A stretch of DNA of 64,000 bases, taken from an uncultured Acidobacteriota bacterium. Lineage in GTDB: Bacteria > Acidobacteriota > Vicinamibacteria > Vicinamibacterales > UBA2999. The notes beneath the pieces are model-generated. The model worked only from the letters and a program-made list of their open reading frames with translations, was not told the DNA's origin and did not search any database. The stretch spans positions 4,358,638 through 4,422,637 of the forward strand of contig CAVPVV010000003.1 of the NCBI GenBank assembly GCA_963709325.1. The letters run 5' to 3'. Of the stretch, positions 44,821 to 54,439 are shown piece after piece. A program made the position numbers and the translations under genes. Numbering within the stretch: position 1 is the stretch's first letter; every line of letters starts with the position of its first letter.

Positions 44821-44987
44821 CAGTTGGGCAGTTGAGAGTTGCCCGTTGAAGTTGACAGTTACAGGGACAGTTTTCAGTTAGCGCAGAGCCGAGCCAGCCC
44901 GATACCTCGCAAATCGAAACTGAAACTTCAACGGAAACTGAAACTGCGAACTTCAACTGGCAACTCTTAGCTCCCTAACGATCAACT
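44815..44987. repeat. long imperfect hairpin (about 65-nt arms) built from GTTGA/CAGTT words between convergent genes
   Basis: Core GAGAGTTGCCCGTTGAAGTTGACAGTT against the reverse complement AAGAGTTGCCAGTTGAAGTTCGCAGTT is near-identical with one indel. It overlaps the stop at 44818-44820. Confidence 0.7.
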
Positions 44988-45004
44988 TTCCGTCGTCGTC
45001 GCGC

Positions 45005-45784
45005 TCAGAACCGCGCGCGCACGCCTACGACGAACGGCATCGTCCACCTCGCGCTGTTGTCGTTGATCGTCTCGAGCCCGGTCCCTTCGAATCCGTCGAC
45101 CGCGGACATCCCCGATACCCACCGCAGTCCCAGCTGTCCGAACACCTCGACCTGATCGGCCACTTGCCACGTCACTCCGGCGTTGCCACCGAGCGTGAAC
45201 GCCGCGGTCCGATCGTAGAAATCGGTCGCCGTTCCGGTGAAGCCAATCGACGGAGCAACGAGCGTGACGTCGGTTTCGTCGATGAAGGCGATGCCGGCCG
45301 TGGCCTCTGCGTAAGGCCGTACCGATGCGTCCTGGCCCTTCGCGTAAATGCGGAATCCGACGTCGAGGCCGAAGCTCTGATAGTCCTGGTACTGAGCATA
45401 AAGGCGTGAGGTCCCGATGTCGCCCATCGGCGTCAGGTCCGCGTCCAGCGACTGGAAGGTGAAGGTCGCGCGGATTTCCGAGATCTCGTCGATGAAGTAA
45501 CCGCCACCGAACTTCAGGTGCAGGCCGGTGCCATAGACGTCTTCGTAGGTGTTCTTCAGGATCACGACCGGCTGGTTGTTGATCCGCCCGATGCCGCTCG
45601 AGTTGATGTTTCCGCTGATGCTGTTGTCCCACCCGATGCCGAACTCCACGGCCCACGGGTAGCGGACGTCTGTGGGATCCGACGTCGAGCCCGGGGTGGT
45701 CTGGGCCAGCGCCGGCGAAATCGAGAGCGCGGTAGCGGCAACGAGCAGCATAAGCCTACGCAGTGAATTAGTGAGCATAAGCAC
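45005..45784 (-). CDS. outer-membrane beta-barrel protein (OmpW/porin-like)
   Basis: Signal peptide ending ALAQ, alternating beta-strand pattern and a terminal aromatic residue (..GVRARF). Confidence 0.8.
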   Translation of the reverse strand: MLMLTNSLRRLMLLVAATALSISPALAQTTPGSTSDPTDVRYPWAVEFGIGWDNSISGNINSSGIGRINNQPVVILKNTYEDVYGTGLHLKFGGGYFIDEISEIRATFTFQSLDADLTPMGDIGTSRLYAQYQDYQSFGLDVGFRIYAKGQDASVRPYAEATAGIAFIDETDVTLVAPSIGFTGTATDFYDRTAAFTLGGNAGVTWQVADQVEVFGQLGLRWVSGMSAVDGFEGTGLETINDNSARWTMPFVVGVRARF

Positions 45785-45850
45785 GCATTATCGCGTATTC
45801 GTGCGCACCGGTCGCGCCGTTTCGCCTGTTACCCACCGCCGGCCAAGGGC

Positions 45851-48133
45851 TTACCTGAATAGCCGGCCAACGCCGAAATAGGTGCGCCACCGTCCGTCGA
45901 AGCCGGCCGACCCGGCGACGATGACCGGACCGAACAACGTGTCCATTACCACGCCGACGCTCGCATTAGTCCGCCAGGTGGCGTCGGCCCAGTCGTTGAA
46001 CGCGTCGCCGTTCTCGAGCCAGCCCCCGGCGTAGACCGGGCCGCCCATGAAGTCGGGAAGGCGGCCGAACTGCCGGAAGTAGCCGCCGGTCGCGATGAAG
46101 TAGTGGTCACCGCGAATGTCGCCGGGACTGTAGGCGCCGAGCCGGAACGCCGCTCCGAGCGGGAACTGATCGATCGCCAGGGGACTCTTGTCGAACGAGG
46201 TGCCGAAGCCGCCGACGACAAAGACGCGCGACTTGTCGTTGAGGCTCCAGAAGCGGTTGCCGGTCACGTTGATTTGGAACAGTTCGACGCTGGAACGCGT
46301 GGTCGGCAGGGTCGGTTCGATGTCCGGCCCGTCGAAGATGTAATGCATGTAGACCCGGGAGAGCGTGCCCCGCGACGGAATGACCGGGCTGTCCTGCGTG
46401 TCGTAGCGCCAGACCAGCTCCGCGGCCGTTTCCTTCCCTTCCAGCGCCGGCAGTCCCGGATCGCCGACGGTGACGTCCGCGTCGAGGCGACCAAGGTAGG
46501 CGCCGATCCGGAGGTCGCTTTCGCGTCCGAGGTTCACGCCGACGTTCAACCCGGCGCGCGACGTCGTCTGTCCGTATTTTGCGACCACCGCGTCGTCCTG
46601 GACGAAATCGAGCGACGACTTGGCGATGCCCGCGTACGGCGCGACGAAGAAGGCCGTGCCGAAGAGCGGTTTGTACAACTCGAAGGCCGCGCCGGGATCC
46701 GATCCGAGCGTGCCGTCGAGCCGCAGTTCGGACCCGGAGCCCGCGACGTCGAAGGCCAGATAGCGCCCGGTCAAGGTGATCCGGAAGTCGCTCGACGTCG
46801 TGTTCTCGAGATTGAAGCCGAGCATCAGGAACGGTGGGGCGTAGGGCTTCGGCCGGCCGCGAATCAGCAGCCCGCGGTCACCGGCCTGGTTGGGGACGAT
46901 CCGCCAGGTGATGGTCTCGTAGCGATCGAGACCGGACAGCTCGGCGAGGTCACTCTGCAGCGTCTCGACGTTCAGGGGCACGCCGACGTGCCGGGCGAGC
47001 ACCGTGTCGAGGCGGCGCGCGTCGTCTTTTGCGAACCCTTCAGTGGTCACGAAGCTCGGAGTCGGCAGTTCGGTGCGGCGGCGGGTCTGGCGCGCCTCCT
47101 TCCAGGCGGCGTAGTCGGCCTCGCTCACGGCCAGCGGCAGCAGCTGATCGCGCATCGCCTCGGCGGCCTTGTAGCCTTCCTCGATCAGCTCGCGGCTCCT
47201 CCGCCAGTCGAGCGATCCATAGGCCTTGAGCGGTACGTTGATGATGAGGTCGGCGGCGTTGATCGAGCTCTTGGTCGAGGCCCGCATCATTGCGTCGAGC
47301 GTCGCGCCGGCCAGCCCCAGCAGCGTGTAACTGACGCCTTCCGAGTCGCCGAGCTCGCCGACGTTGACCGCGACCACCTTGTCGGCGCCCATCGCCTTCA
47401 CGACGTTGGCCGGGACGTTGTTCATGGCCCCGCCGTCCACCAGCACCCGCCCGTCCATCTCCACTGGAGGAAAGATCAGCGGCAGCGACATCGTGGCGCG
47501 CATCGCCTGCGGAAGCGAGCCGTGGTTGATCACCACCTGTGTCGCAGTGACCAGGTCCACCGCCACGGCGCGGAACGGCGTCGGCAGATCGTCGAAGTTG
47601 TCGACGTCGTAATAGGGCCCGGCAATCCGTCCGAGCAGCAGCTCGACCTGCTCGCCGTCGTTGAGCGACGTGGGCGGCACGATCCCCTTCTTGATGCCGA
47701 ACTCGAGGCGCGCGGGATAGGCGCGGTTGTCGTTCTTGCGGCGGATGTTCTTGAACTTGAAATCCGACGACCCGAACATCTCGTCCCAGTTGATGTTGCC
47801 GAGCATCGAATCGAGCTCGGCGGCGTCCATGCCGGTCGCGAACGAGCCGCCGATCAGGCCGCCCATGCTCGTGCCGGCAGCGACGTCGATCGGGATCCGG
47901 TGCTCCTCGAACCACCGGATCACGCCGACGTGGGCGATACCGCGCGCACTGCCGCCGCCAAACGCCACGCCGACGGCCGGACGGGTGGAAACGTGCGGCG
48001 CGGGCTTCTGGGCGGTGAGGCCGGCGTCAGGAATGGCCGCCACGGCGGCCGGCCGCTGGAGGGGAGCCGAGCATCCCGAAGTGATGAGTTCGAGCGCGGC
48101 CACCCATGCGGCCGCACGCCATTTCGTGCGCAT
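45851..48133 (-). CDS. patatin-like phospholipase fused to POTRA/Omp85-type beta-barrel (PlpD-like, type Vd architecture)
   Basis: Lipoprotein-like signal (LITSGC). Patatin motifs GGGSARG, GTSMG and VDGG. The C-terminal half is beta-rich and ends GVGRLFR. Confidence 0.85.
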   Translation of the reverse strand: MRTKWRAAAWVAALELITSGCSAPLQRPAAVAAIPDAGLTAQKPAPHVSTRPAVGVAFGGGSARGIAHVGVIRWFEEHRIPIDVAAGTSMGGLIGGSFATGMDAAELDSMLGNINWDEMFGSSDFKFKNIRRKNDNRAYPARLEFGIKKGIVPPTSLNDGEQVELLLGRIAGPYYDVDNFDDLPTPFRAVAVDLVTATQVVINHGSLPQAMRATMSLPLIFPPVEMDGRVLVDGGAMNNVPANVVKAMGADKVVAVNVGELGDSEGVSYTLLGLAGATLDAMMRASTKSSINAADLIINVPLKAYGSLDWRRSRELIEEGYKAAEAMRDQLLPLAVSEADYAAWKEARQTRRRTELPTPSFVTTEGFAKDDARRLDTVLARHVGVPLNVETLQSDLAELSGLDRYETITWRIVPNQAGDRGLLIRGRPKPYAPPFLMLGFNLENTTSSDFRITLTGRYLAFDVAGSGSELRLDGTLGSDPGAAFELYKPLFGTAFFVAPYAGIAKSSLDFVQDDAVVAKYGQTTSRAGLNVGVNLGRESDLRIGAYLGRLDADVTVGDPGLPALEGKETAAELVWRYDTQDSPVIPSRGTLSRVYMHYIFDGPDIEPTLPTTRSSVELFQINVTGNRFWSLNDKSRVFVVGGFGTSFDKSPLAIDQFPLGAAFRLGAYSPGDIRGDHYFIATGGYFRQFGRLPDFMGGPVYAGGWLENGDAFNDWADATWRTNASVGVVMDTLFGPVIVAGSAGFDGRWRTYFGVGRLFR

Positions 48134-48182
48134 GAGGTGATGTTACACGGGCACGCCTGGGCTCCGCACTCGCGCGGACCGC

Positions 48183-49973
48183 CTATGGCGTCGTCGGCGG
48201 AGGTACCCGCTTTTTGGTGAGCTGTTCGAAAGCGTAGGCGAGCTCAATCAGCCGTGGCTCACTGCACGCCGTCCCCGCGAAGCTCACGCCGTAAGGCGCC
48301 GGTTTGGGTTCGAAGCCGGCCGGCCAGGTCGCGTTCGGCGGCGCGTTCGGAATGGTCGCGAACGGGACGATCACCGTCGGGTAGCCCGGCTTGGCCGAGA
48401 TCGCCGCACCGCTCGCGCCGGGGAACAACAGCGCATCGAGCTTGTTCGACGTCAGCATCTCGTCGATGCCGTGAGTGCCGCCCAGGTAGATGTCCTTCTT
48501 CCGGTCCGCCTCCCACTTCGCCCGATCGCGCTCCAGGTCGACGTCGTCCGACACGTCGAGCTGGGCCTGGCCGTACTTGATCGCGCCCATGTTGGCGTGT
48601 GCCTGGTTCCACTCGCGCAGCTCGGTGAGCGACTTCACCGGCGCACGATCGCCGAGCGACTTCAGGTAGGCGTTGAAGTCGCGCTTCATCCCGTACTTGA
48701 GGGCCGACGAGCAGTTCGCGTCCTTGCCGTGGACGTCGTTCGGACCGGCGCAGGTACCCCACAGCAGGAAGTTGTTCTTCGGATCCTTGTCCACGATGCT
48801 CGGAATGTCGGCTTCGACGACCTCGGCCCCGGCCTGCTTCAACACCGCGATCGCTTCGTCCATCGCCTTCCGCTGCGCCGGGTTCAGTCCGCCGCGAGGC
48901 TCCTTCTCACCCGGCAGCGTGAGCGGATCGTAGAAGAACGCCTTGGGGATGCCGATCCGTGCGCCGTTCAGCGCGTCGGCCTTGAGGTGGGCGGTGTAGT
49001 CACGGTTCGGCGGCGCCTGGCAGGTGGTCGTGGCCGGATCGTTCGAGTCGGGCGACGGGCTCTCGAGCGCGCCGAGCATCGTTGCGGCATCGGCGACGGT
49101 CCGCGCCATCGGCCCTGCCGTGTCCTGATCGGCGGTGATCGGGATGACGCCGTATCGCGAGATGCGTCCGACGGTCGGCTTGATGCCGGCGAGCATGTTC
49201 TGGTTCGACGGGCTGAGAATCGAGCCCGACGTCTCGGTGCCCACGTTGCCGGCCCAGAAGCTCGCTGCCGTGCCGGTCCCCGAGCTCGAGCCGCCGGTGC
49301 CGAGCACCGGCCGACCGTCGTCGAAGCGGGTCGGGCCGCCGCCCGGTCCGCCCGCTGCGCCACCAGGGCCGCCCCGCCGTGCTCCCTGGGCCGCCGGCTG
49401 CGGGCCGCGGGGATCGCGGCGCGGATCGTACGGGTTGAAGCCGTAGCCCTTGAGGCCGTTGTAGTTGCCCGGCATGCCGTTGGCCACCCAGTTGGCGAGC
49501 TCGGTCATCATCGTCTTGGCGATGATCACCGCGCCAGCGTCGATCAGGTTCTTGGTCAGCGTCGCGTCATAGGGCGGGACCAGTCCGTCGAAGGCGAGCG
49601 CGCCGCCGGTGGTCGGCATGAAGCTCGTGTTGACGTTGTCCTTGAGCGCGATCGGAATGCCATGGAGGGGCCCGCGAATCTTGCCCTGCGCGCGCTCGCG
49701 GTCGCGGACCTCGGCTTCCTCGAGCGCCTTGGGGTTGACCTGGATCACGGCGTTGATGCCGTCCTCGTACGTGGCGATCCGCAGCAGGTACTGCGTGACG
49801 ATTTCGCGGGAGGTGGTGCGGCCGTCCTTCATCGCGGCCTGCATGTCGGCAATGGTCGCTTCGACGACGGAGAAGGGCGCTTTTTGTGCGGGTGCGGGAG
49901 CCTGCGGTTGACTGCACCCGGCGGCGAGGCAGAAGGCACAAAGCAGAAGGCAGAAACGGGCGGCAGCTCGCAT
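48183..49973 (-). CDS. exported amidase (amidase signature family), lipoprotein-type signal
   Basis: Start at MRAAARFCLLLCAFCLAAGCS. AS-family GGSSSGTG. A Gly-rich insert (GARRGGPGGAAGGPGGGP) lies upstream of it. Confidence 0.85.
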   Translation of the reverse strand: MRAAARFCLLLCAFCLAAGCSQPQAPAPAQKAPFSVVEATIADMQAAMKDGRTTSREIVTQYLLRIATYEDGINAVIQVNPKALEEAEVRDRERAQGKIRGPLHGIPIALKDNVNTSFMPTTGGALAFDGLVPPYDATLTKNLIDAGAVIIAKTMMTELANWVANGMPGNYNGLKGYGFNPYDPRRDPRGPQPAAQGARRGGPGGAAGGPGGGPTRFDDGRPVLGTGGSSSGTGTAASFWAGNVGTETSGSILSPSNQNMLAGIKPTVGRISRYGVIPITADQDTAGPMARTVADAATMLGALESPSPDSNDPATTTCQAPPNRDYTAHLKADALNGARIGIPKAFFYDPLTLPGEKEPRGGLNPAQRKAMDEAIAVLKQAGAEVVEADIPSIVDKDPKNNFLLWGTCAGPNDVHGKDANCSSALKYGMKRDFNAYLKSLGDRAPVKSLTELREWNQAHANMGAIKYGQAQLDVSDDVDLERDRAKWEADRKKDIYLGGTHGIDEMLTSNKLDALLFPGASGAAISAKPGYPTVIVPFATIPNAPPNATWPAGFEPKPAPYGVSFAGTACSEPRLIELAYAFEQLTKKRVPPPTTP

Positions 49974-50025
49974 GGTGGGCAATCCTAACATCGGCACCCG
50001 TCGCACCTGCGGTACAGTCCTCCGG

Positions 50026-50736
50026 ATGGCTCGCACCAATCGCTTCGGACAACCGATCGGAGAGGCTGTACCGGACTGGACGCCACCGCCGTTCCCGCCG
50101 CACACGCCGATGGAGGGGCGCTACTGCAGGCTCGAGCCGTTGATGCCGGCACATGCGGCGATGCTGTGGGACGCGTTTGCCGCTGGCGACGGACGAAATT
50201 GGACCTACCTCGCGCCGGAACCGTTCGAACGGATCGAAGACTTCCAGGCGTACGTGACGCAATCGGCGGCCAGCACCGATCCGCAGTTCTACGCGATCGC
50301 CGCCGACGGCGTTGCGGTTGGCCTCGCGTCGTACCTACGCATCACCCCGGCCGCCGGGACGATCGAAGTGGGGCACATCCACTTCTCGCCGCGCCTCCAG
50401 CGCACGCCGGCCGCAACCGAAGCGATGTACCTGATGATGCGGCGCGCCTTCGAGCTGGGCTACCGGCGCTACGAATGGAAATGCGACGCCCTCAACGCGC
50501 CGTCGCGGCGCGCCGCGCAGCGTTTGGGGTTTTCGTATGAGGGAATATTCCGGCAGGCGCTCGTGACCAAGGGCCGCAACCGCGACACGGCATGGTACGC
50601 CTGCATCGATACGGAATGGCCGGCGCTCGGCCGCGCCTTCGGCACGTGGCTCGCGCCGGACAACTTCGACGCGTCCGGGCAGCAGCGCCAGTCGCTCTCC
50701 GAGCTGACCGGGCCCGTCCTGGTGACCCGCGGATGA
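50026..50736 (+). CDS. GNAT-family N-acetyltransferase
   Basis: RimJ/RimL-like pattern: IEVGHIHFSPRLQRTPAATEAMYLMMRRAFELGYRRYEWKCDALNAPSRRAAQRLGFSYEG. Confidence 0.8.
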   Translation: MARTNRFGQPIGEAVPDWTPPPFPPHTPMEGRYCRLEPLMPAHAAMLWDAFAAGDGRNWTYLAPEPFERIEDFQAYVTQSAASTDPQFYAIAADGVAVGLASYLRITPAAGTIEVGHIHFSPRLQRTPAATEAMYLMMRRAFELGYRRYEWKCDALNAPSRRAAQRLGFSYEGIFRQALVTKGRNRDTAWYACIDTEWPALGRAFGTWLAPDNFDASGQQRQSLSELTGPVLVTRG

Positions 50737-50805
50737 GGTGAATCGACGCCAAACGGCGGGACGATGGCTCCAACGCTCGGCGGCTGATTTCCGTCCAATG
50801 GGACG

Positions 50806-53241
50806 ATGGGAGCCCTGCATCACGCCCTTCGCCGATTCAGCACCCGGCCGACCTTCACGCTCGTGGCGGTGGCCACGCTCGCGCTGGCGATTGGCGCGAA
50901 CGCAGCGATTTTCAGCCTGGTCCAGGCGGTGCTGCTCCGACCCCTTGCCTTCGCGGACCCTGGCGCGCTCGTGCAGGTGCGCGGTTTCGATGGCGACGAC
51001 CAGCAGGTCGGGAACCTGTCGCCGGCTGATTTCTTCGATTTCGCGCGCGAGTCGCGCGTCTTCGCATCGATGGGGGCGCACGGGTTCATCAACTCGTTCA
51101 CGATTGCCGGCCCGACCGGCGACGCCGAACGCGTTGGCGGAGTGAACGTCACCGACGGGTTCTTTCCGACGCTCGGCGTTCAAGCGGCCTTGGGACGGCT
51201 GTTCACGCTTTCCGACGACCAGCCCGATGCCGCGTCGACGGTGGTGCTCGCCGACGGCTTCTGGCGGCGCCGCTTCGCGGCCGACCCCTCAGCGATCGGG
51301 CGGACCATCCTAATCAACGCTCGTCCGGCGACCATCATCGGCGTGCTGCCTGCCTCGTTTCGCCACCTGGAAGAGGACCCCGATCGCGCAGTGGACGTGT
51401 TCATTCCCTACGGTTTCAATCGAGCCAACGCGAATCGTGGCGGTCATTTCATCCGAGGGGTAGGGCGGCTCGGGCCGGGCGCGTCGCTGGCGCAGGCACG
51501 AGCCGAGCTCGACACGATTGCTGCGCGCCTCGAACGCGAATATCCAACCAGCAACCACGGGGAAGGTGTTCGGTTGATACCGCTTCACGAGTCGGTCGTC
51601 GGCGTAGCACGGCGCAGCCTCGTGCTGGTCTCGGCGGGCGTCGGTCTCGTGCTGCTGATCGCCTGCGCCAATCTCGCCAACCTGCTCCTTGCCTCCGGCG
51701 CCAGCCGGCAGCGCGAGCTCGCGGTGAGGATGGCGTTGGGGGCGACGCGCGCACGGCTGGTTCGCCAGCTGCTCGGCGAGAGCCTCGTCCTCGGCGTTCT
51801 CGGAGCGCTCGCCGGCGTCGCGCTGGCCGTCACCTCGACCCGCGCATTCGGGCTCGCCGGTTCGAGCCTGCCGCGACTGGCGGACGTGAGTGTGGACCTC
51901 AACGTGGTTCTGTTCGCAGTCGTGTGCGGCATCGCCTCGGCGCTTGCCTTCGGGGCGCTGCCGGCGTGGCAGCTATCGCGCGACGTGCTGTTCGAGGCAC
52001 TCAAACAGTCCGGACGCCAGCCGCACGGCGTCGTCCGACGCGGTGCGCGCCAGGCGTTCGTGGCGACGCAGGTGGCGCTCGCGGTCGTGCTGCTGGTCGG
52101 CGCGGCGCTCCTCGCTCGCAGTCTATGGGCGCTCGAAGGCGTACCAACCGGTTTCGCGCCGGCACAGGTGCTGGCGATGGATGTGTCGTTGCCGGTCGCG
52201 ATCTATGCCGAAGGGGAGCAGATTCCGTTCTACGAGCGGCTGCACGAGCGGGTTGCGACGCTCCCGGGCGTCGTCGCCGTCGGCGCGACCAACATCCTGC
52301 CGCTCAGCGGCAACTACGACAGCCGTGGCATCCAGATCGAAGATCATCCGAAGCCCGACGGCCAGGGCGAGGCGCCGCAGGCGCGATCGGTGACTCCGGG
52401 ATATTTCGCGGCGATGGGTATTCCGCTCCTGCGCGGCCGGCTGTTCGACGGCAGGGACATCGAGGGAAAACCGCGGGTTGTCGTGATCAGCGATGCGATG
52501 GCGCGGCGCTTCTGGCCGGATCAGGATCCGATCGGCCGCCGAATCACGTTCAACGGCGGCATCCCTCCCGAGCAGCAGCAGGTGGTCGGCGGCGCTGGCT
52601 CGCGCGAGGTGGTCGGGGTGGTCGGCGACGTGCGGCACCTCGAGCTGGATGAAAGCGAAGTGCCCACGTTCTACACGCCGCACGCGCAGCAGCCCTCCTA
52701 TCACACCATGACGCTCGTGGTCCGCGCCGCACAGCCGGCAGCAACGCTGTCCGGAGCGGTGCGTGCGTCGCTGCGCGAGATGGATGCCACCGTCCCGCTC
52801 TACCAGGTGCGGACGCTCGAACAGGTGCTCTCCCGCGCCGTCGCCACGCCGCGGCTTCGAGCGGCGCTCATCGGGCTGTTCGGGCTGCTGTCGGCATTAC
52901 TCGCGGGCCTCGGCGTGTTCGGCGTGATCAGCTATCTCGTGAGCGAGAGGACCCACGAGTTCGGAATCCGCATGTCGCTCGGCGCGACTGGCGCCGACGT
53001 TGGCCGGCTGGTCATTGCCGAAGCCCTGCGTCCGGTGGTCGCCGGACTGCTGCTCGGCGTATTGAGTGCCGCTGCGTTCGGGCGTCTGCTGCGCGCGTTC
53101 CTGTACGGCGTGTCAGCCTCGGATCCACTGTCCTACCTTGTTGCTGCAGCGATCCTGCTCGCCGCCGCCTGTGCCGCCGCGGTGATTCCGGCCAGGCGGG
53201 CGGTCCGCGTAGATCCGATGGCGGCGCTGACCACCGAGTAG
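50806..53241 (+). CDS. ADOP-family ABC transporter permease (second copy), no adjacent ATPase
   Basis: 811 aa with the same architecture as 23207..25711 (RPTFTLVAVATLALAIGANAAIFS...VDPMAALTTE). Confidence 0.9.
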   Translation: MGALHHALRRFSTRPTFTLVAVATLALAIGANAAIFSLVQAVLLRPLAFADPGALVQVRGFDGDDQQVGNLSPADFFDFARESRVFASMGAHGFINSFTIAGPTGDAERVGGVNVTDGFFPTLGVQAALGRLFTLSDDQPDAASTVVLADGFWRRRFAADPSAIGRTILINARPATIIGVLPASFRHLEEDPDRAVDVFIPYGFNRANANRGGHFIRGVGRLGPGASLAQARAELDTIAARLEREYPTSNHGEGVRLIPLHESVVGVARRSLVLVSAGVGLVLLIACANLANLLLASGASRQRELAVRMALGATRARLVRQLLGESLVLGVLGALAGVALAVTSTRAFGLAGSSLPRLADVSVDLNVVLFAVVCGIASALAFGALPAWQLSRDVLFEALKQSGRQPHGVVRRGARQAFVATQVALAVVLLVGAALLARSLWALEGVPTGFAPAQVLAMDVSLPVAIYAEGEQIPFYERLHERVATLPGVVAVGATNILPLSGNYDSRGIQIEDHPKPDGQGEAPQARSVTPGYFAAMGIPLLRGRLFDGRDIEGKPRVVVISDAMARRFWPDQDPIGRRITFNGGIPPEQQQVVGGAGSREVVGVVGDVRHLELDESEVPTFYTPHAQQPSYHTMTLVVRAAQPAATLSGAVRASLREMDATVPLYQVRTLEQVLSRAVATPRLRAALIGLFGLLSALLAGLGVFGVISYLVSERTHEFGIRMSLGATGADVGRLVIAEALRPVVAGLLLGVLSAAAFGRLLRAFLYGVSASDPLSYLVAAAILLAAACAAAVIPARRAVRVDPMAALTTE

Positions 53242-53320
53242 ATACGACGGGGAACGGTCGATTCCCCAATCTCGAGAATGAGCCTCCCAGGCTTTCGACC
53301 CCCCGGCTCGCTCCCCGGGT

Positions 53321-53345
53321 GAACCAGCGGTGCGCCTGCGGCGTC
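53321..53345 (+). promoter_or_regulatory. ECF-type promoter candidate GAAC-N17-CGTC upstream of the sigma factor gene
   Basis: GAAC at 53321-53324 and CGTC at 53342-53345 with a 17-nt spacer, 10 nt upstream of the annotated GTG. Confidence 0.35.
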
Positions 53346-53354
53346 TAGCAGGTT

Positions 53355-53888
53355 GTGCACGAACGCGTGGAGCGCCTGCCGGGAGCGTCGATAGCGGTGG
53401 ACGAGGCGCTGCTCCGCGAGTTCGAGGCCTGCCTGACGGACACCGCGACCCTCGCGTTCCGTGTGGCCTACAGTGTCCTCCGGCAGCGTGAGGACGCTGA
53501 GGACGTGGCCCAGGACGCGTTCGTCCGGGCCTACGCGCGGTTTGCCCAGCTTCGCGACCGCGGCAGATTCCGGGCCTGGCTCGTCCGCATGACCTTTCGC
53601 CTGGCGCTCGACCGCCAACGCGCCGTCCGGCGCCGAGGCATTCGCGAGCGCGCGGCCGTTGAGCCGCCGGCCCCTGGTTCGTCCGCGTGCAACGTGGACC
53701 CCGTCCAACTTAGTCGGTTGTGGGACGCGATTGACGCGCTGCCGCACAAGCTGCGGTGGCCGACCGTCCTCTCGGCCATTCACGGCCACGACGTCAAAGA
53801 GGTGGCAGCGCTGCTCGGCGTACCGGAGGGCACCGTGAAGTCGCGGCTGTTCCTTGCAAGACGCCGCCTCAAGGAGCAGCTCCGATGA
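53355..53888 (+). CDS. RNA polymerase sigma-70 factor, ECF subfamily
   Basis: Region 2 EDAEDVAQDAFVRAY and region 4 VKEVAALLGVPEGTVKSRLFLARRRL. The start is uncertain (GTG 53355 or GTG 53397). Confidence 0.85.
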   Translation: MHERVERLPGASIAVDEALLREFEACLTDTATLAFRVAYSVLRQREDAEDVAQDAFVRAYARFAQLRDRGRFRAWLVRMTFRLALDRQRAVRRRGIRERAAVEPPAPGSSACNVDPVQLSRLWDAIDALPHKLRWPTVLSAIHGHDVKEVAALLGVPEGTVKSRLFLARRRLKEQLR

Positions 53889-54439
53889 CCTCCACCGCAC
53901 CCCGCCCAATGCGCGACGATGAGCTCGATCGGCTGCTCGAGGCGGCACTGTCGGTGTCGCCCTCACCGACGTTCCGGGCCAGGGTCGCCGCGCGCGTGGC
54001 CGACGAGCCCATGCCGGGCAGGGGGCGCAACCCGCTGATCTGGCCTGCGATGGCCGCTGCGACGGCGTTCGCGATCGTCCTCATCGTCATTACGGGCCCG
54101 CCCGGCGATGAGGCGCCTCGAGCACCGCAGCCGCCAATCGCCGGCACGGCGTCGTGGATCGTGTCAGCGCCTGCGGCATCGGTCGAGCGTCGAGGGCCGG
54201 CCCAGCGACGATCGACGGATTCGCTCGCGCCGCGCCGTGCCGCAGCCCGGTTCGATCACCGTGAGCAGGAGGCGTTCGCCTGGCTGGTCACGCGTGCGAA
54301 AGCCGGTGACCTGGCGCCGTGGGAGATTGAAATCGAAGCCGTCGAGCTCGAGCCTGTCGTGTCCCCGCTCGCCATTCCTTCCCTCGAGGTAACGCCGATC
54401 GGGCTCACCGACGATTCCGAAGGAGACCCGCAGCCATGA
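53885..54439 (+). CDS. putative anti-sigma factor (single-pass membrane protein)
   Basis: ATGA overlap with the sigma gene. Short cytoplasmic N-terminus, one TM helix (IWPAMAAATAFAIVLIVI) and an extracytoplasmic tail. Confidence 0.6.
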   Translation: MTSTAPRPMRDDELDRLLEAALSVSPSPTFRARVAARVADEPMPGRGRNPLIWPAMAAATAFAIVLIVITGPPGDEAPRAPQPPIAGTASWIVSAPAASVERRGPAQRRSTDSLAPRRAAARFDHREQEAFAWLVTRAKAGDLAPWEIEIEAVELEPVVSPLAIPSLEVTPIGLTDDSEGDPQP

